Of a stretch of 64,000 nt of DNA, positions 1 to 9,958 are shown piece after piece. The stretch covers positions 672-64,671 of the forward strand of contig JAKPEO010000124.1 of NCBI GenBank assembly GCA_029551925.1, read 5' to 3'. Position 1 is the stretch's first letter. Each line of letters starts with the position of its first letter. The notes under the pieces are model-generated. The model saw only the letters and a list, made by a program, of their open reading frames with translations. It did not search any database and was not told the origin of the DNA. A program made the translations under genes and the position numbers. Source of the stretch: a bacterium. GTDB lineage: Bacteria; JAGOBX01.

Positions 1-92
1 ATAAAAATAATATAACTTTGACATTAAAGAAAAATCATACTGATGGACTATCTTGATTTATTATTTATGTTAATTAATTTTTCTATAATGAA

Positions 93-2495
93 TTATTTTA
101 ATCTATGAATACTCATAAAAGTACCTTCGCCTGCATACCAAGTTGTCGTATTAAATCCCATTACCATACAAACATAGCCCTCTATATAATCACCGGCATT
201 AAGATAAACTATTCTACTTGTAGATACTGTTAAGTCATCACTGCCGCTAGCCATTATGTTATGAGCTCTTGCTATTACTGTTCCGTTCTTTTTTATACGC
301 GCTTCAAATGTATTTGCATTGCCTATTGAGCCCGAAGAAACCTGTAACAAAACCAAATAATAACCTGCTGCCGCAGCGGTGAAACGATAGTTTGTAGTAT
401 TATCAAATTCATTATTCAAATCATACTCTTCAGAGTTAAATGCTAATTTTTGGTCTGCGGCATTTGTAATCGTAATATCCGCCGAAATTTTCACATGACA
501 GCCAGAATTCAATGCGCCGGGCATCGTTGCCCACGAAAGCGCGCCTGCGCCATTTGTTGTAAGCACTTGACCGTTTGTTCCGTCAGCAGACGGCAGCGTA
601 TAAGTCGTTGACCCAGCCGCAGCTGCTGGCGCTAATCCGACATAGCCAGAAGTCGTGCCGGACAATCGCAGTGTGCCTTTGACATCAAGCGCAGAGCCCG
701 GAGCAGTATTATTAATGCCGACATTACCATTTGCATTTAAAGTCATTACAGTAACATCTGGAATCCATCCCCAATTATTACCGCCGCCGGGCGTGCCGGA
801 TAAACTAAAATCAACGCGGCTTCTGCCGCTTATCCCTGTTTCAAATGCGCCAACCGCTATGCCAAAAGAGTTTGCATTTTTGACGCCGCTTACAGTTCGG
901 CGCGAAATTCTTAATTCTTCAATTGTGCCTATTGCATCAGTAGCATCATTTCCAAATATATGCAGTTTTGGGCCATGCGATTCATCTCCTAATCCGACAT
1001 TCCCAACATTATTAGTAGTTATCGCATTAGTTTCACCAGACGAACGTCCCTTAACTTTAAAAGTTCCATATACATTAAGCGAATCAGAAACTAAATTTGT
1101 GCCAATGCCAACTCCGCCGCTTTCATAATATATATTAGCGCCGCTTGTTGTCCATTGCGTTGCCGGTGCGGAATTAGCCCACGACAATAAACCAGCGCCA
1201 TTTGTCGTAAGCACTTGTCCATTTGAACCGTCAGCAGAAGGCAGCGTATAAATCGTTGAACCAGCCGCAGCTGCTGGCGCTAATCCGACATAGCCGGAAG
1301 TCGTGCCGGATAATCGTAGTGTGCCTTTGATATCAATCGCAGAGCCAGGTGTCGAAGTGCCAATACCGACATTTCCAGAAGAATTCCAAATGCCAGATGG
1401 AAATATTATATTTCCGCTAAAAGTCGGACTTGCACTCGGCGCTTTCGCATTTATTAATGCTAATTTAACAGCAGAATCAGCGTCAACATAAGTTTTCGAT
1501 ACAGAATCCGATTCTAATGCCGACAGCCGATTTTCAGTATTTTGACTGTCACTCTCTAAACTTGTTATTCGATTATTAATATTCGCTGTTTCTGCCGCTA
1601 CAATAATTTTATAATTATTCAATTCATTTTTTAATAATGTTGTATCTGCTGTAATATCGCTCATTCTTGAATATATCGCCTGCGTCTCGGTATTTACTGC
1701 TGCTTTAAAATTTATCAATTCATTTTTCAATAATGTTGTATCTGCTGTAATATCGCTCATTCTTGAATATATCGCCTGCGTCTCGGTATTTATTTGCTGT
1801 TTAAATTGTGTCAAATTATTTAATATTGAAGTTGTATCTTGCGCTACTAAATTAAATAAATTTTGCGCATCTGTTCGACTGATGACATCACCAGTCAACG
1901 CGTCAAATTGCAGATTTGACAATTGCGCGCCGTCACCGATAAATGCCGCAGCAGTTACATTGCCGCTCGCTTTGATATTACCTATCACTTCAATTTTTTC
2001 TGTCGGCGCTAATGTTGCCACTCCTATTTTTCCGTCGTCGGTTATTATAACATTTTGACTAATTATCAATGTATCATTAATTGTCATTCTCCCTTCGGCT
2101 ATTGCATTGTTTTCTAAATACTGCGCTGTATCCGAATAACGCGCGCGGAATACATATCCGCCAGCTTGCAATTTTGTGCGCGGCATAAGTTCTCCTGTGT
2201 TATTTATATTCACCCCCAAATAATATTGTTCATTAAATTTCAAATTTATCGGATTTATCGAACCTAATTCAACTATAAATAACCCATTTGTAATATCCAC
2301 AGAATTATGCGTTTCCTGCCATAATGCAGTTCCGCCACTCTGCGTTGTATATATAGAAAATACTATCGGCGCGGTTGTGTTCACGCGACGCTGATTATCG
2401 TCAACTAATTTTCCTTGATACGAAATGGTAAATCCTAATAAATTCACACTGCACAGCAACAAAAATGCCGCTACTAAAATCATTTTCTTTTTCAT
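93..2495 (-). CDS. Large secreted/surface protein: signal peptide, phage tail-fibre-like Gly-rich repeats (GNVGIGT..PGSA.D.KGTLRLSG), 32-aa tandem coiled-coil repeats, C-terminal C1q/TNF-like domain
   Basis: ORF track 93..2510 begins at an in-frame GTG. The ATG of MKKKMILVAAFLLLCSVNLLG at 2495 has GGTG about 13 nt upstream. The C-terminal ~130 aa match the C1q consensus pattern by eye (KLAFNSEEYDLNNEFDNTTNYRFTAAAAGYYLV...GDYIEGYV...TFMSIHRL). Internal DNA duplications are present. Confidence 0.6.
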   Translation of the reverse strand: MKKKMILVAAFLLLCSVNLLGFTISYQGKLVDDNQRRVNTTAPIVFSIYTTQSGGTALWQETHNSVDITNGLFIVELGSINPINLKFNEQYYLGVNINNTGELMPRTKLQAGGYVFRARYSDTAQYLENNAIAEGRMTINDTLIISQNVIITDDGKIGVATLAPTEKIEVIGNIKASGNVTAAAFIGDGAQLSNLQFDALTGDVISRTDAQNLFNLVAQDTTSILNNLTQFKQQINTETQAIYSRMSDITADTTLLKNELINFKAAVNTETQAIYSRMSDITADTTLLKNELNNYKIIVAAETANINNRITSLESDSQNTENRLSALESDSVSKTYVDADSAVKLALINAKAPSASPTFSGNIIFPSGIWNSSGNVGIGTSTPGSAIDIKGTLRLSGTTSGYVGLAPAAAAGSTIYTLPSADGSNGQVLTTNGAGLLSWANSAPATQWTTSGANIYYESGGVGIGTNLVSDSLNVYGTFKVKGRSSGETNAITTNNVGNVGLGDESHGPKLHIFGNDATDAIGTIEELRISRRTVSGVKNANSFGIAVGAFETGISGRSRVDFSLSGTPGGGNNWGWIPDVTVMTLNANGNVGINNTAPGSALDVKGTLRLSGTTSGYVGLAPAAAAGSTTYTLPSADGTNGQVLTTNGAGALSWATMPGALNSGCHVKISADITITNAADQKLAFNSEEYDLNNEFDNTTNYRFTAAAAGYYLVLLQVSSGSIGNANTFEARIKKNGTVIARAHNIMASGSDDLTVSTSRIVYLNAGDYIEGYVCMVMGFNTTTWYAGEGTFMSIHRLK
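546..698. repeat. Copy 1 of a ~152-nt intragenic direct repeat (~90% identical to 1195..1346) encoding the duplicated KGTLRLSGTTSGYVGLAPAAAAGST.YTLPSADG.NGQVLTTNGAG module
   Basis: Direct sequence comparison of the two stretches within the first CDS. Confidence 0.8.
1195..1346. repeat. Copy 2 of the ~152-nt intragenic direct repeat
   Basis: Differs from 546..698 by about one mismatch per ten positions. Confidence 0.8.
1621..1793. repeat. Two tandem copies of a 96-bp (32-aa) unit, ~77 nt of each near-identical (1621..1697 and 1717..1793), encoding TETQAIYSRMSDITADTTLLKNEL(I/N)N(F/Y)K
   Basis: Visible as almost exact repetition of ...caattcattttt(t/c)aataatgttgtatctgctgtaatatcgctcattcttgaatatatcgcctgcgtctcggtattta... 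Confidence 0.85.
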
Positions 2496-2571
2496 AATTT
2501 GAAACACCACTATTTATTTTTTTTTATTGAAACCAATTTTTTTTCAAAATAAATTAATAGCAGGCGGCAAT

Positions 2572-4473
2572 TTATAATTTTTTGTTGAAAAATGGCAAAA
2601 TTATAATTACAGTAGTGCCTTCATTAATTTTACTTTGAATTTCAATATTTCCATTAATTTTATTTATTAATTCTTTGCATAAGATCAGTCCTAATCCGCT
2701 GCCTTTTTCACCTTTTGTGCCAACAGTAGAAAACGAACTTGTCATATCAAATATTTTTCTTAATTGATTTTCTGACATACCTATGCCATTATCTATTATT
2801 TTTATAATTATATTTTCATCTTTATCTGTTTCATTACAAATCCGAATTTTTCCGTTTATTTTCGAATATTTTACAGCATTTAAAATTATATTTTGCAATA
2901 AAATTTGCAATACATTCTTATCATTATAAATTTCTAATTTTTTGTCAATAGATATATCTATTTCTATTTTCTTATCATCTATCAAATTTTTATAGATATT
3001 TATAATCTGTTCTATTAAATAATAAATTTTTATATTTTCACTGATATACTGCAATCCCTGTGTTTGCAATAATGACCAAGACAATAAATTATCCAAAAAA
3101 ATATGCGATTGCTCAACATTATTTTTTATTTTCATAAAAGAGTGATTTATATCCTTTAATAAATTATCATCACGAATATATTCTTTTAATTTTAATATTT
3201 TTTTATCTAATATTTCAATATAACCTCTAATTGAAAAAATATAATTTCTAATATCATGCGCTACTATTCTCAATATTCGTTCTTTTGTTTTATTTATTTC
3301 TTCTAAACTTTCTTCATACTTTTTATAATCTGTAATATCGTATCCCGAACTTAAAACCCCGTAAATTTTTCCATATTTATCTTTTAAAACTATATTTGAC
3401 CATCTTATAATTTTTTCAGTGTTATTTTTTGATAATATTGGATTTTCTATATTTTTTTCAAATTCGGCTTTTTCTGATAATATCAAATCAAAAATATAAT
3501 TAAGTTTATTTCTTTTTGATTCAGGTATAAAATTATCAAACCAATTTTTCCCAACGATTTCATTTTCTTCTTTACAGCCTAATAATTCCACTCCTTTTTT
3601 ATTTATCATTGCTACATTTTTATTTTTATCAATCAATAAAATTATAACTTCCGCTATATCCAAAATATTTTTTAAAAAATTTTGGTTTTCCTTTAATTTA
3701 TTAAAAATTATATCAAAAGGTCGCGTCAACATATTAACAATCACAGCGCGATATATTAAATAAAACGACAAAATTTTAAATAAATGACCAATAACATTAG
3801 ATATGCCGTAATTATCTATATATAAAGTAAAACAAATTTCACTAAAAATTGTAATTATTATAGAAAACCATAACAGTAAAAATAAATTTTTATCATATTT
3901 ATGCCGTTTAAAATACAATAAAACTGCGCTTACAAATAAAATAAAGCAAATAATATACTCTGATATTAACTTGAATTGCGTCTGTCCAACACCTTCAACA
4001 AAACAAATTGGAAATATTCGCCATTCTAAAACAGATAAAAATCCGATTAAAATATAACTTGTAAAAATAAAAAATATGATAGGATTATATTTTTTATTTA
4101 TTCTATTTTCAAAAATTGCAAAAAATAAAATCGCTATTGCTTCCAAAAATCGCGCTATAATCCATAATTGATTAGCATAAAATTTATAATCTTTAAATAT
4201 ATTCATTCCAAAATAAGAAATAGTATGATAAAAATCAATAATTCCAACAAATAAATAAGCTATTCCTAAAACACTTAAACCGTTATTTTGGGAATTTTTT
4301 CGAGTATTCCAAGATACGATAAAAATTCCAATAGCAATAACAATACTATAAAATTCTGCTATTATATGAAACAACAGATAATTTCTGCGGCTTAAGAAAT
4401 ATAGATAAACGCCAATTATTATAAAAATTAAAACACTAAAATAATATAAGAGTTTTTTGTTATTTTTTTCCAT
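2572..4473 (-). CDS. Sensor histidine kinase: polytopic N-terminal membrane domain (~8 TM), PAS-like region, HisKA (H-box VAHDIRN) and HATPase_c (DNGIGM...GSGLGL)
   Basis: Motifs read from the translation. The track start is a TTG at 4476; the ATG at 4473 is likelier. Confidence 0.75.
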   Translation of the reverse strand: MEKNNKKLLYYFSVLIFIIIGVYLYFLSRRNYLLFHIIAEFYSIVIAIGIFIVSWNTRKNSQNNGLSVLGIAYLFVGIIDFYHTISYFGMNIFKDYKFYANQLWIIARFLEAIAILFFAIFENRINKKYNPIIFFIFTSYILIGFLSVLEWRIFPICFVEGVGQTQFKLISEYIICFILFVSAVLLYFKRHKYDKNLFLLLWFSIIITIFSEICFTLYIDNYGISNVIGHLFKILSFYLIYRAVIVNMLTRPFDIIFNKLKENQNFLKNILDIAEVIILLIDKNKNVAMINKKGVELLGCKEENEIVGKNWFDNFIPESKRNKLNYIFDLILSEKAEFEKNIENPILSKNNTEKIIRWSNIVLKDKYGKIYGVLSSGYDITDYKKYEESLEEINKTKERILRIVAHDIRNYIFSIRGYIEILDKKILKLKEYIRDDNLLKDINHSFMKIKNNVEQSHIFLDNLLSWSLLQTQGLQYISENIKIYYLIEQIINIYKNLIDDKKIEIDISIDKKLEIYNDKNVLQILLQNIILNAVKYSKINGKIRICNETDKDENIIIKIIDNGIGMSENQLRKIFDMTSSFSTVGTKGEKGSGLGLILCKELINKINGNIEIQSKINEGTTVIIILPFFNKKL

Positions 4474-4517
4474 CAATTTGTCTTTTCTTTTATAAATTCT
4501 TATCTATCGAAAAGTCA

Positions 4518-5537
4518 TTATTTTTCTCTGTCAATATATTGTTTTTTATAATATTCTTTGAAATCTTGATTTTTTAATTTACGCCACCATCTTTCATTTT
4601 TGCAATACCAATCAATAGTAAATTTCAAGCCCTGTTCAAATGACATTTGCGGCTGCCAGCCCAATTTTTCTAATTTTGACGAATCAAGCGCATAACGTCT
4701 ATCGTGTCCAATCCTGTCTTTTACTGGTTTTATCAAGGTTTCAGGTTTATTCATATATTCAAGAATTTTTTTTGTAATTTCAATATTAGTATGAAGATTG
4801 CCGCCGCCGATATTGTAAACTTCTCCGTTTTCGCCATTTTCAAGTAAAAACAAAATTGCGCGGCAGTGGTCTTCGACAAACAGCCAATCTCGAATATTCA
4901 AGCCGTCTCCGTATAAAGGCAAACTCATTCCTTCAATAGCATTAGTGATAAATAAAGGTATTAATTTTTCAGGATATTGATAAGGTCCGTAGTTATTAGA
5001 TGCGCGCGTAATAATAACATCCATATTGTATGTTGCAAAAAATGAATACGCGATTCTATCGCCGCCGGCTTTGCTCGCCGAATACGGATTGCGAGGCATC
5101 AAGGTGTCAGTTTCTTTAGAATAGCCGATTTCGACACTGCCGTAAACTTCATCTGTGCTGATTTGAATAAATCTTTTCAAACCGCCGCGCAAACGCGCCG
5201 CTTCTAACAGCACATACACACCTTCAACATCAGTCTTTATAAAATCAACCGCGCCCATAATCGAACGGTCAACATGAGTTTCAGCGGCAAAATTTATAAT
5301 CACATCAATATCATATTTTTTCAAGGTTTCTGATACCCTTTCAAAATCTGCAATATCTCCCTTAACAAAAGTATAACGATCATTATTTTTTATATCGTCT
5401 AAATTTTCAAGATTACCGGCGTATGTCAATTTATCGTAATTTATTACATTATAATCCTTTCGTTCGTTAATAATTAATCGAACGAAATTAGAACCAATAA
5501 AACCAGCGCCGCCGGTAACCATAATATTTTTAAACAT
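4518..5537 (-). CDS. rfbB: dTDP-glucose 4,6-dehydratase
   Basis: N-terminal VTGGAGFIGSNFV Rossmann motif, TDEVYG, YSASK catalytic motif. The track starts at GTG (5549); the ATG at 5537 has a GAAGGTG ribosome-binding site. Confidence 0.8.
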   Translation of the reverse strand: MFKNIMVTGGAGFIGSNFVRLIINERKDYNVINYDKLTYAGNLENLDDIKNNDRYTFVKGDIADFERVSETLKKYDIDVIINFAAETHVDRSIMGAVDFIKTDVEGVYVLLEAARLRGGLKRFIQISTDEVYGSVEIGYSKETDTLMPRNPYSASKAGGDRIAYSFFATYNMDVIITRASNNYGPYQYPEKLIPLFITNAIEGMSLPLYGDGLNIRDWLFVEDHCRAILFLLENGENGEVYNIGGGNLHTNIEITKKILEYMNKPETLIKPVKDRIGHDRRYALDSSKLEKLGWQPQMSFEQGLKFTIDWYCKNERWWRKLKNQDFKEYYKKQYIDREK

Positions 5538-5579
5538 AAAATACCACACCTTCTATATAAAAAATAGTTAAAAAAAATT

Positions 5580-6995
5580 TTAATTGTTAAACAATTCAGC
5601 AATATTTTCGCACAGCGCACGCAATTTCGGGTCGCGCGCGCCGGCAATAACAATCACATCATAAATATCTTTGACTTTTTTAATATATTCGATTATAAAT
5701 TCATCATTTACAGCCCAAGCAATATTAACATTTTTTTTCTTCAATTCTTCCACTATTTGTTCAGAAGTAATTTTTTTTTCTACTGTGCCGCCGGCATAAT
5801 AAATTTCTTTTAATATAATTTTATGACTGTCATTAAAAAAATAATTTTCAAATACTTTATACAATTCATCTTTCAAAAAATAAGTCGGTTGATAACCGTG
5901 CGGCTGATAGATGAATAATATTTTTTTATAAAATTTAGATAAATGCCCGAGCACTGCGTCAATCTTCGCAGGATTATGAGCATAATCATACAGTATAGTC
6001 GGCTCGCTGTTTCGATAAAATTCATATCTATCAGATACACCTTCAAATTCTGATAAAATAGATTTTATTAATTCATATTCAATATCAAACATTTCAGCAA
6101 TCGCAATAGCAAATGCGCTGTTATACACATTATAAATGCCAGGTAATTGAATTAAATATTCGTTATTATTTACAAGAAACGAAGTATAATTTCTTTCTTC
6201 TGTAATATTTGAAATTCTGTAATCCGCTTCTTTATTCATTCCTATTTTAATTGTTTTCTTATTTGAATAATCAAGTTCTAACGAAAGTTTATCGTCTATA
6301 TTTATTAAAACCGCTATTTCCGCATTATTGACATATTCTTGAAATAAAATTTTTAGTTCTTCGATTGTTTTGTGGTCTTTGCTGACATTCGTTAAAACTG
6401 CAATATTCGGCTTATATTTTACAATCGTGCCGTCGCTTTCATCTGTCTCAATTATAAAAATATCAGAAGCGCCTACTACGCAATTTGAAGTTTCATTATT
6501 ATTTCCAATTTTTTTTATAGCTGCGCCAGTCATTATATTTACATTAATACCAGATTTTTTCAATAAATAACCTATTATGCCGGTAGTTGTGGATTTTCCT
6601 GATGTGCCGGCGATTGTTATTGTTTTATTTTGATTAACAATATAAGCCAATAGATCAGCGCGATGAATTATAGGAATATTATATTCAATGGCTTTAACTA
6701 CATCAGGATTATCTCGTTCAATCGCAGTTGATACTACCGCATAATCAATATTCTTTTCTAAATGTTTGCCGTTTTGGTTATATATTTGACAACCGATATT
6801 TTCGAGTTCTATCGCTAAATTAGTTTTTTTAAAATTTGAATAACCGCGGTCCGACCCAAAAACTTGCGCGCCTTTTAATTTCAAAAATTTCGCAATTGCT
6901 GACATTCCGCTGCCTAATATTCCAATAAAATAAAATTTATATTCGCCTATATTTTCAAATTTTATTTTTATATCAGAAGTTATAATATACTTCAT
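5580..6995 (-). CDS. Mur ligase family protein, MurC/Mpl type (UDP-N-acetylmuramate--L-alanine ligase-like)
   Basis: GILGSGMSAIAKFL N-terminal Rossmann-like motif, GTSGKSTTT P-loop, ETDESDG. AGGA ribosome-binding site 8 nt upstream of the ATG. Confidence 0.6.
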   Translation of the reverse strand: MKYIITSDIKIKFENIGEYKFYFIGILGSGMSAIAKFLKLKGAQVFGSDRGYSNFKKTNLAIELENIGCQIYNQNGKHLEKNIDYAVVSTAIERDNPDVVKAIEYNIPIIHRADLLAYIVNQNKTITIAGTSGKSTTTGIIGYLLKKSGINVNIMTGAAIKKIGNNNETSNCVVGASDIFIIETDESDGTIVKYKPNIAVLTNVSKDHKTIEELKILFQEYVNNAEIAVLINIDDKLSLELDYSNKKTIKIGMNKEADYRISNITEERNYTSFLVNNNEYLIQLPGIYNVYNSAFAIAIAEMFDIEYELIKSILSEFEGVSDRYEFYRNSEPTILYDYAHNPAKIDAVLGHLSKFYKKILFIYQPHGYQPTYFLKDELYKVFENYFFNDSHKIILKEIYYAGGTVEKKITSEQIVEELKKKNVNIAWAVNDEFIIEYIKKVKDIYDVIVIAGARDPKLRALCENIAELFNN

Positions 6996-7003
6996 AATCT
7001 ATC

Positions 7004-8080
7004 CTAAAAAACAAATAAAACTTTAAAAATATGATTAGATAATTTTTGAGAATCAAAAGAATTTTTATGATTCAAATATTCATAGCCGATTGTCATACCG
7101 GAAAAATCATAATTTATCCCAGCTATATATTGAGTATTGTTCGCAAATAATTTATTAGCAGTTGTCACATTTTTAATTTTGCTTTTATTATAACCAGCGC
7201 ACAGATTAAAATTTTTTTCTATTTGATATGAAAGTAAAACATCATATAATATATTTTCAAAATTAGAAATATCGAATTTATAATATCCACCGAAAAAATC
7301 CATTGCCTGATATTTTTGCGATATTGCGGCATACCACATTTTTTTCGAATGTCCAGTCAAAGAATTATCAGCGCTCATAATTTTTAAATTATCTAATTCT
7401 TCGTCAGTTATTGCGCTCTTTGACAATCCAACTTTAAAAAATAATCCGGTTTCTTTTGAAGATATTCCGATACTCGCAAATGTTTCTATTTTTTTAGAAT
7501 CATAATCTTCGTAATTCAATGCCAGCGATGATATGCGATTTGTGCGAGTTTCGAATATCGGAGCAGTTGTGAATTTTGGCGCCGCAAATATTCCGATAGC
7601 ATAAAAAAAATCAGAATTTAAAGTATATAATTGCGCGCCAAACGGATTGTTTTTGAAAATAGAATTATCAATAAAAGAACGCGTCAAAATCATTCTATCA
7701 AAATAATTGTAATTCCGCGGCATTGACATATTATCCATTTTTCCCACTGCCACAGCAAATCCATTAAACGGCAATTCTGCGGCAAATTTATTTAGAAATA
7801 TCTGATTATCATTAAAAAAAGTATCGCGGCTGTCTTTATAATTAATAGCGATTATACCGTTCAAATTTGCGCTTTCAAATTTTAGTTCTGCACCTGCGCC
7901 GTCAAAAAAATATTCATTTTCCTGTTCATCTAAATCATAATAAGACGCTTCTAAAAACAAAGAATATTTAGTTTCAAATTTTTTCACATCTATTCTGCGC
8001 AATGTCCGCGCTTCTACCAAAATCTGCAACAAAAAAATATTCAGACACAAAACCCAAAATATCCTCGTATTTTTTTTCAT
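7004..8080 (-). CDS. Probable outer-membrane beta-barrel protein (porin-like)
   Basis: N-terminal signal peptide, alternating aromatic/hydrophilic pattern, C-terminal ...KVLFVF ending in Phe. Stop is adjacent to the start of the upstream response regulator. Confidence 0.5.
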   Translation of the reverse strand: MKKNTRIFWVLCLNIFLLQILVEARTLRRIDVKKFETKYSLFLEASYYDLDEQENEYFFDGAGAELKFESANLNGIIAINYKDSRDTFFNDNQIFLNKFAAELPFNGFAVAVGKMDNMSMPRNYNYFDRMILTRSFIDNSIFKNNPFGAQLYTLNSDFFYAIGIFAAPKFTTAPIFETRTNRISSLALNYEDYDSKKIETFASIGISSKETGLFFKVGLSKSAITDEELDNLKIMSADNSLTGHSKKMWYAAISQKYQAMDFFGGYYKFDISNFENILYDVLLSYQIEKNFNLCAGYNKSKIKNVTTANKLFANNTQYIAGINYDFSGMTIGYEYLNHKNSFDSQKLSNHIFKVLFVF

Positions 8081-9958
8081 TTATTGTTGCTCCTTTATTA
8101 TTTTATTCTTCCCGGTTTTTTTGGCATTATATAATAAATCGTCAGCAAGAGTCAAAATATTTTCTACTGTCATATTTTCTTTAAATTCCGCTAATCCGCC
8201 GCTCAATGTAGTGCCCACTTTTTTATCATCAACTAAAATAAAACATTCTTCTTCTATATTTTTGCGGATTCTTTCTGAAATAATATAAGCGCCTTCAATA
8301 TTTATCTCATTAAAAAGCACGATAAATTCTTCTCCGCCAAATCTTCCGATTATATCTGTATCGCGGATAGACTGCTTGACAATATCCGCAAATTTCTGCA
8401 AAATTTTATCTCCGTTTATATGTCCGTAAGTATCATTAAATTTTTTGAAATTATCCAAATCAACAAGCAAAATAGAAAAAGAATGCTTATATCTTTCAAA
8501 TTTTTTTATTTCAGCGTTTAATAAATTAAAAAAATGTCGGCGATTGAATACTTGAGTTAAAGAATCGTAAATCGCTAATTCTTCCATTTTTTGAAAGAGC
8601 AGACAGTTTTCTAATGAATTTGAAATATGTTCTATCAAACGCGTAGCATATTCGACAAATAAAATATCAAATTCGCCGGATAATTTGTTATTCATATTCA
8701 ATACGCCTATAACTTTATTATGAATTACTAATGGATAAATCAAACTCGATTTTTTCTTATATTTTGCGCGCGCTATCTCGCTGTTGTAAAATTCAGATTT
8801 TTTATAATCTTCGATTAACACCGGCTTTTTTGTTTCTATTGCTTTCAACATCGGTGATTTTTTTAATTCTGATAATTTGATAATTGACGGTATCTCATTA
8901 TGGTTGTGCGATAAAATTTTTAATTCATTACCGTCAAGAAGAAATAAAGAAAACAATTCAAAATCTAAAATATCTGTCAGGTATTGTTTTATTAAAATTG
9001 CGCGGTCCGCAAGTTCTAATGTCTGATTTAATTGCGAAATAAATAATGTTTCTTTTGACAGATTTTTTCGTAAAATATCCTGCTTCTCGATTTTTTGCAG
9101 TAACGAATTTGTATAGACCTTCATCTCGTCAACAATATTCTTCATACGCAGCAGCGCTTTAATTTTTGAAATCAATATTTTATTATTAAACGGTTTGGGC
9201 AAATAATCGTCTGCGCATATATCTATGCCTTTTTTTATATCATCTGCGGTATTTTTTGCGCTGAACATTAATATTGGAATATCAAAATAACGCTCGTCCG
9301 CTTTCAAACGTTTACCAAAACTATAACCGTCTTCGCCGGGCAGCATAACATCTAATATTATTAAATCAGGTCTTGTCTTCTTTAAAATTTTTTCAGCAGC
9401 CGCAACATCTTCCGCTATAAACACATTAAAATTCAAATCCTGCAAAATAATCGAAACCAGCATTCGCACATCTTCTTCATCGTCAATTACAAGTATATTA
9501 TAATTTTTATTTAGTTCATCAGTATATGGTATTTTATACACTCCGACGACATTCAAAGGTATTCGCTTTATGATTTTTTTTTCTGTTAGCGAATCTATAA
9601 TTTCATTCAATTTGCTTAATGCAAATGGTTTTTCAAATAAATCATAAGCGCCTAATCTGATGCATTCTATAGCGCTTTTTATCGTAAGATTGCCGGATAC
9701 CATAATTACTTGACTATCTAATTTCAATTCGAATTTTATATATTGCAATAATTTCATACCGTCCACTACTCCGGCAAGTTGTAGGTCAATTATAAATAAG
9801 TCATAATAATTTTCGGAAATCAATTGAATTGCCTCTTCTGCTCTATCAACAATCGTTACTGTGCATTTATTTTTTTTTAAATAGTTTTTTATTAATTCTG
9901 ATAAATATATATCATCTTCGACAATAAGAACATTTATATAAAATTTGCTATCTTCCAT
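8081..9958 (-). CDS. Response regulator with two receiver domains, a GAF-like domain and a GGDEF diguanylate cyclase domain
   Basis: Two CheY-like segments (DLFIIDLQL, DLIILDVMLPGEDG) and a C-terminal GGDEF domain with RFGGEEF. Confidence 0.8.
   Translation of the reverse strand: MEDSKFYINVLIVEDDIYLSELIKNYLKKNKCTVTIVDRAEEAIQLISENYYDLFIIDLQLAGVVDGMKLLQYIKFELKLDSQVIMVSGNLTIKSAIECIRLGAYDLFEKPFALSKLNEIIDSLTEKKIIKRIPLNVVGVYKIPYTDELNKNYNILVIDDEEDVRMLVSIILQDLNFNVFIAEDVAAAEKILKKTRPDLIILDVMLPGEDGYSFGKRLKADERYFDIPILMFSAKNTADDIKKGIDICADDYLPKPFNNKILISKIKALLRMKNIVDEMKVYTNSLLQKIEKQDILRKNLSKETLFISQLNQTLELADRAILIKQYLTDILDFELFSLFLLDGNELKILSHNHNEIPSIIKLSELKKSPMLKAIETKKPVLIEDYKKSEFYNSEIARAKYKKKSSLIYPLVIHNKVIGVLNMNNKLSGEFDILFVEYATRLIEHISNSLENCLLFQKMEELAIYDSLTQVFNRRHFFNLLNAEIKKFERYKHSFSILLVDLDNFKKFNDTYGHINGDKILQKFADIVKQSIRDTDIIGRFGGEEFIVLFNEINIEGAYIISERIRKNIEEECFILVDDKKVGTTLSGGLAEFKENMTVENILTLADDLLYNAKKTGKNKIIKEQQ

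Noticed and set aside
655-1491. Plus-strand ORFs 655..1128 and 1303..1491 (P/S/T-rich translations) inside the first minus-strand CDS
   Set aside because: They are shadow frames of the Gly/Ala-rich repeat region on the opposite strand, with no ribosome-binding site. The pattern is repeated for many other 60-160-aa antisense ORFs in the track (e.g. 6370..6570, 11127..11399, 21668..21961, 29397..30131, 31153..31617, 53121..53597).
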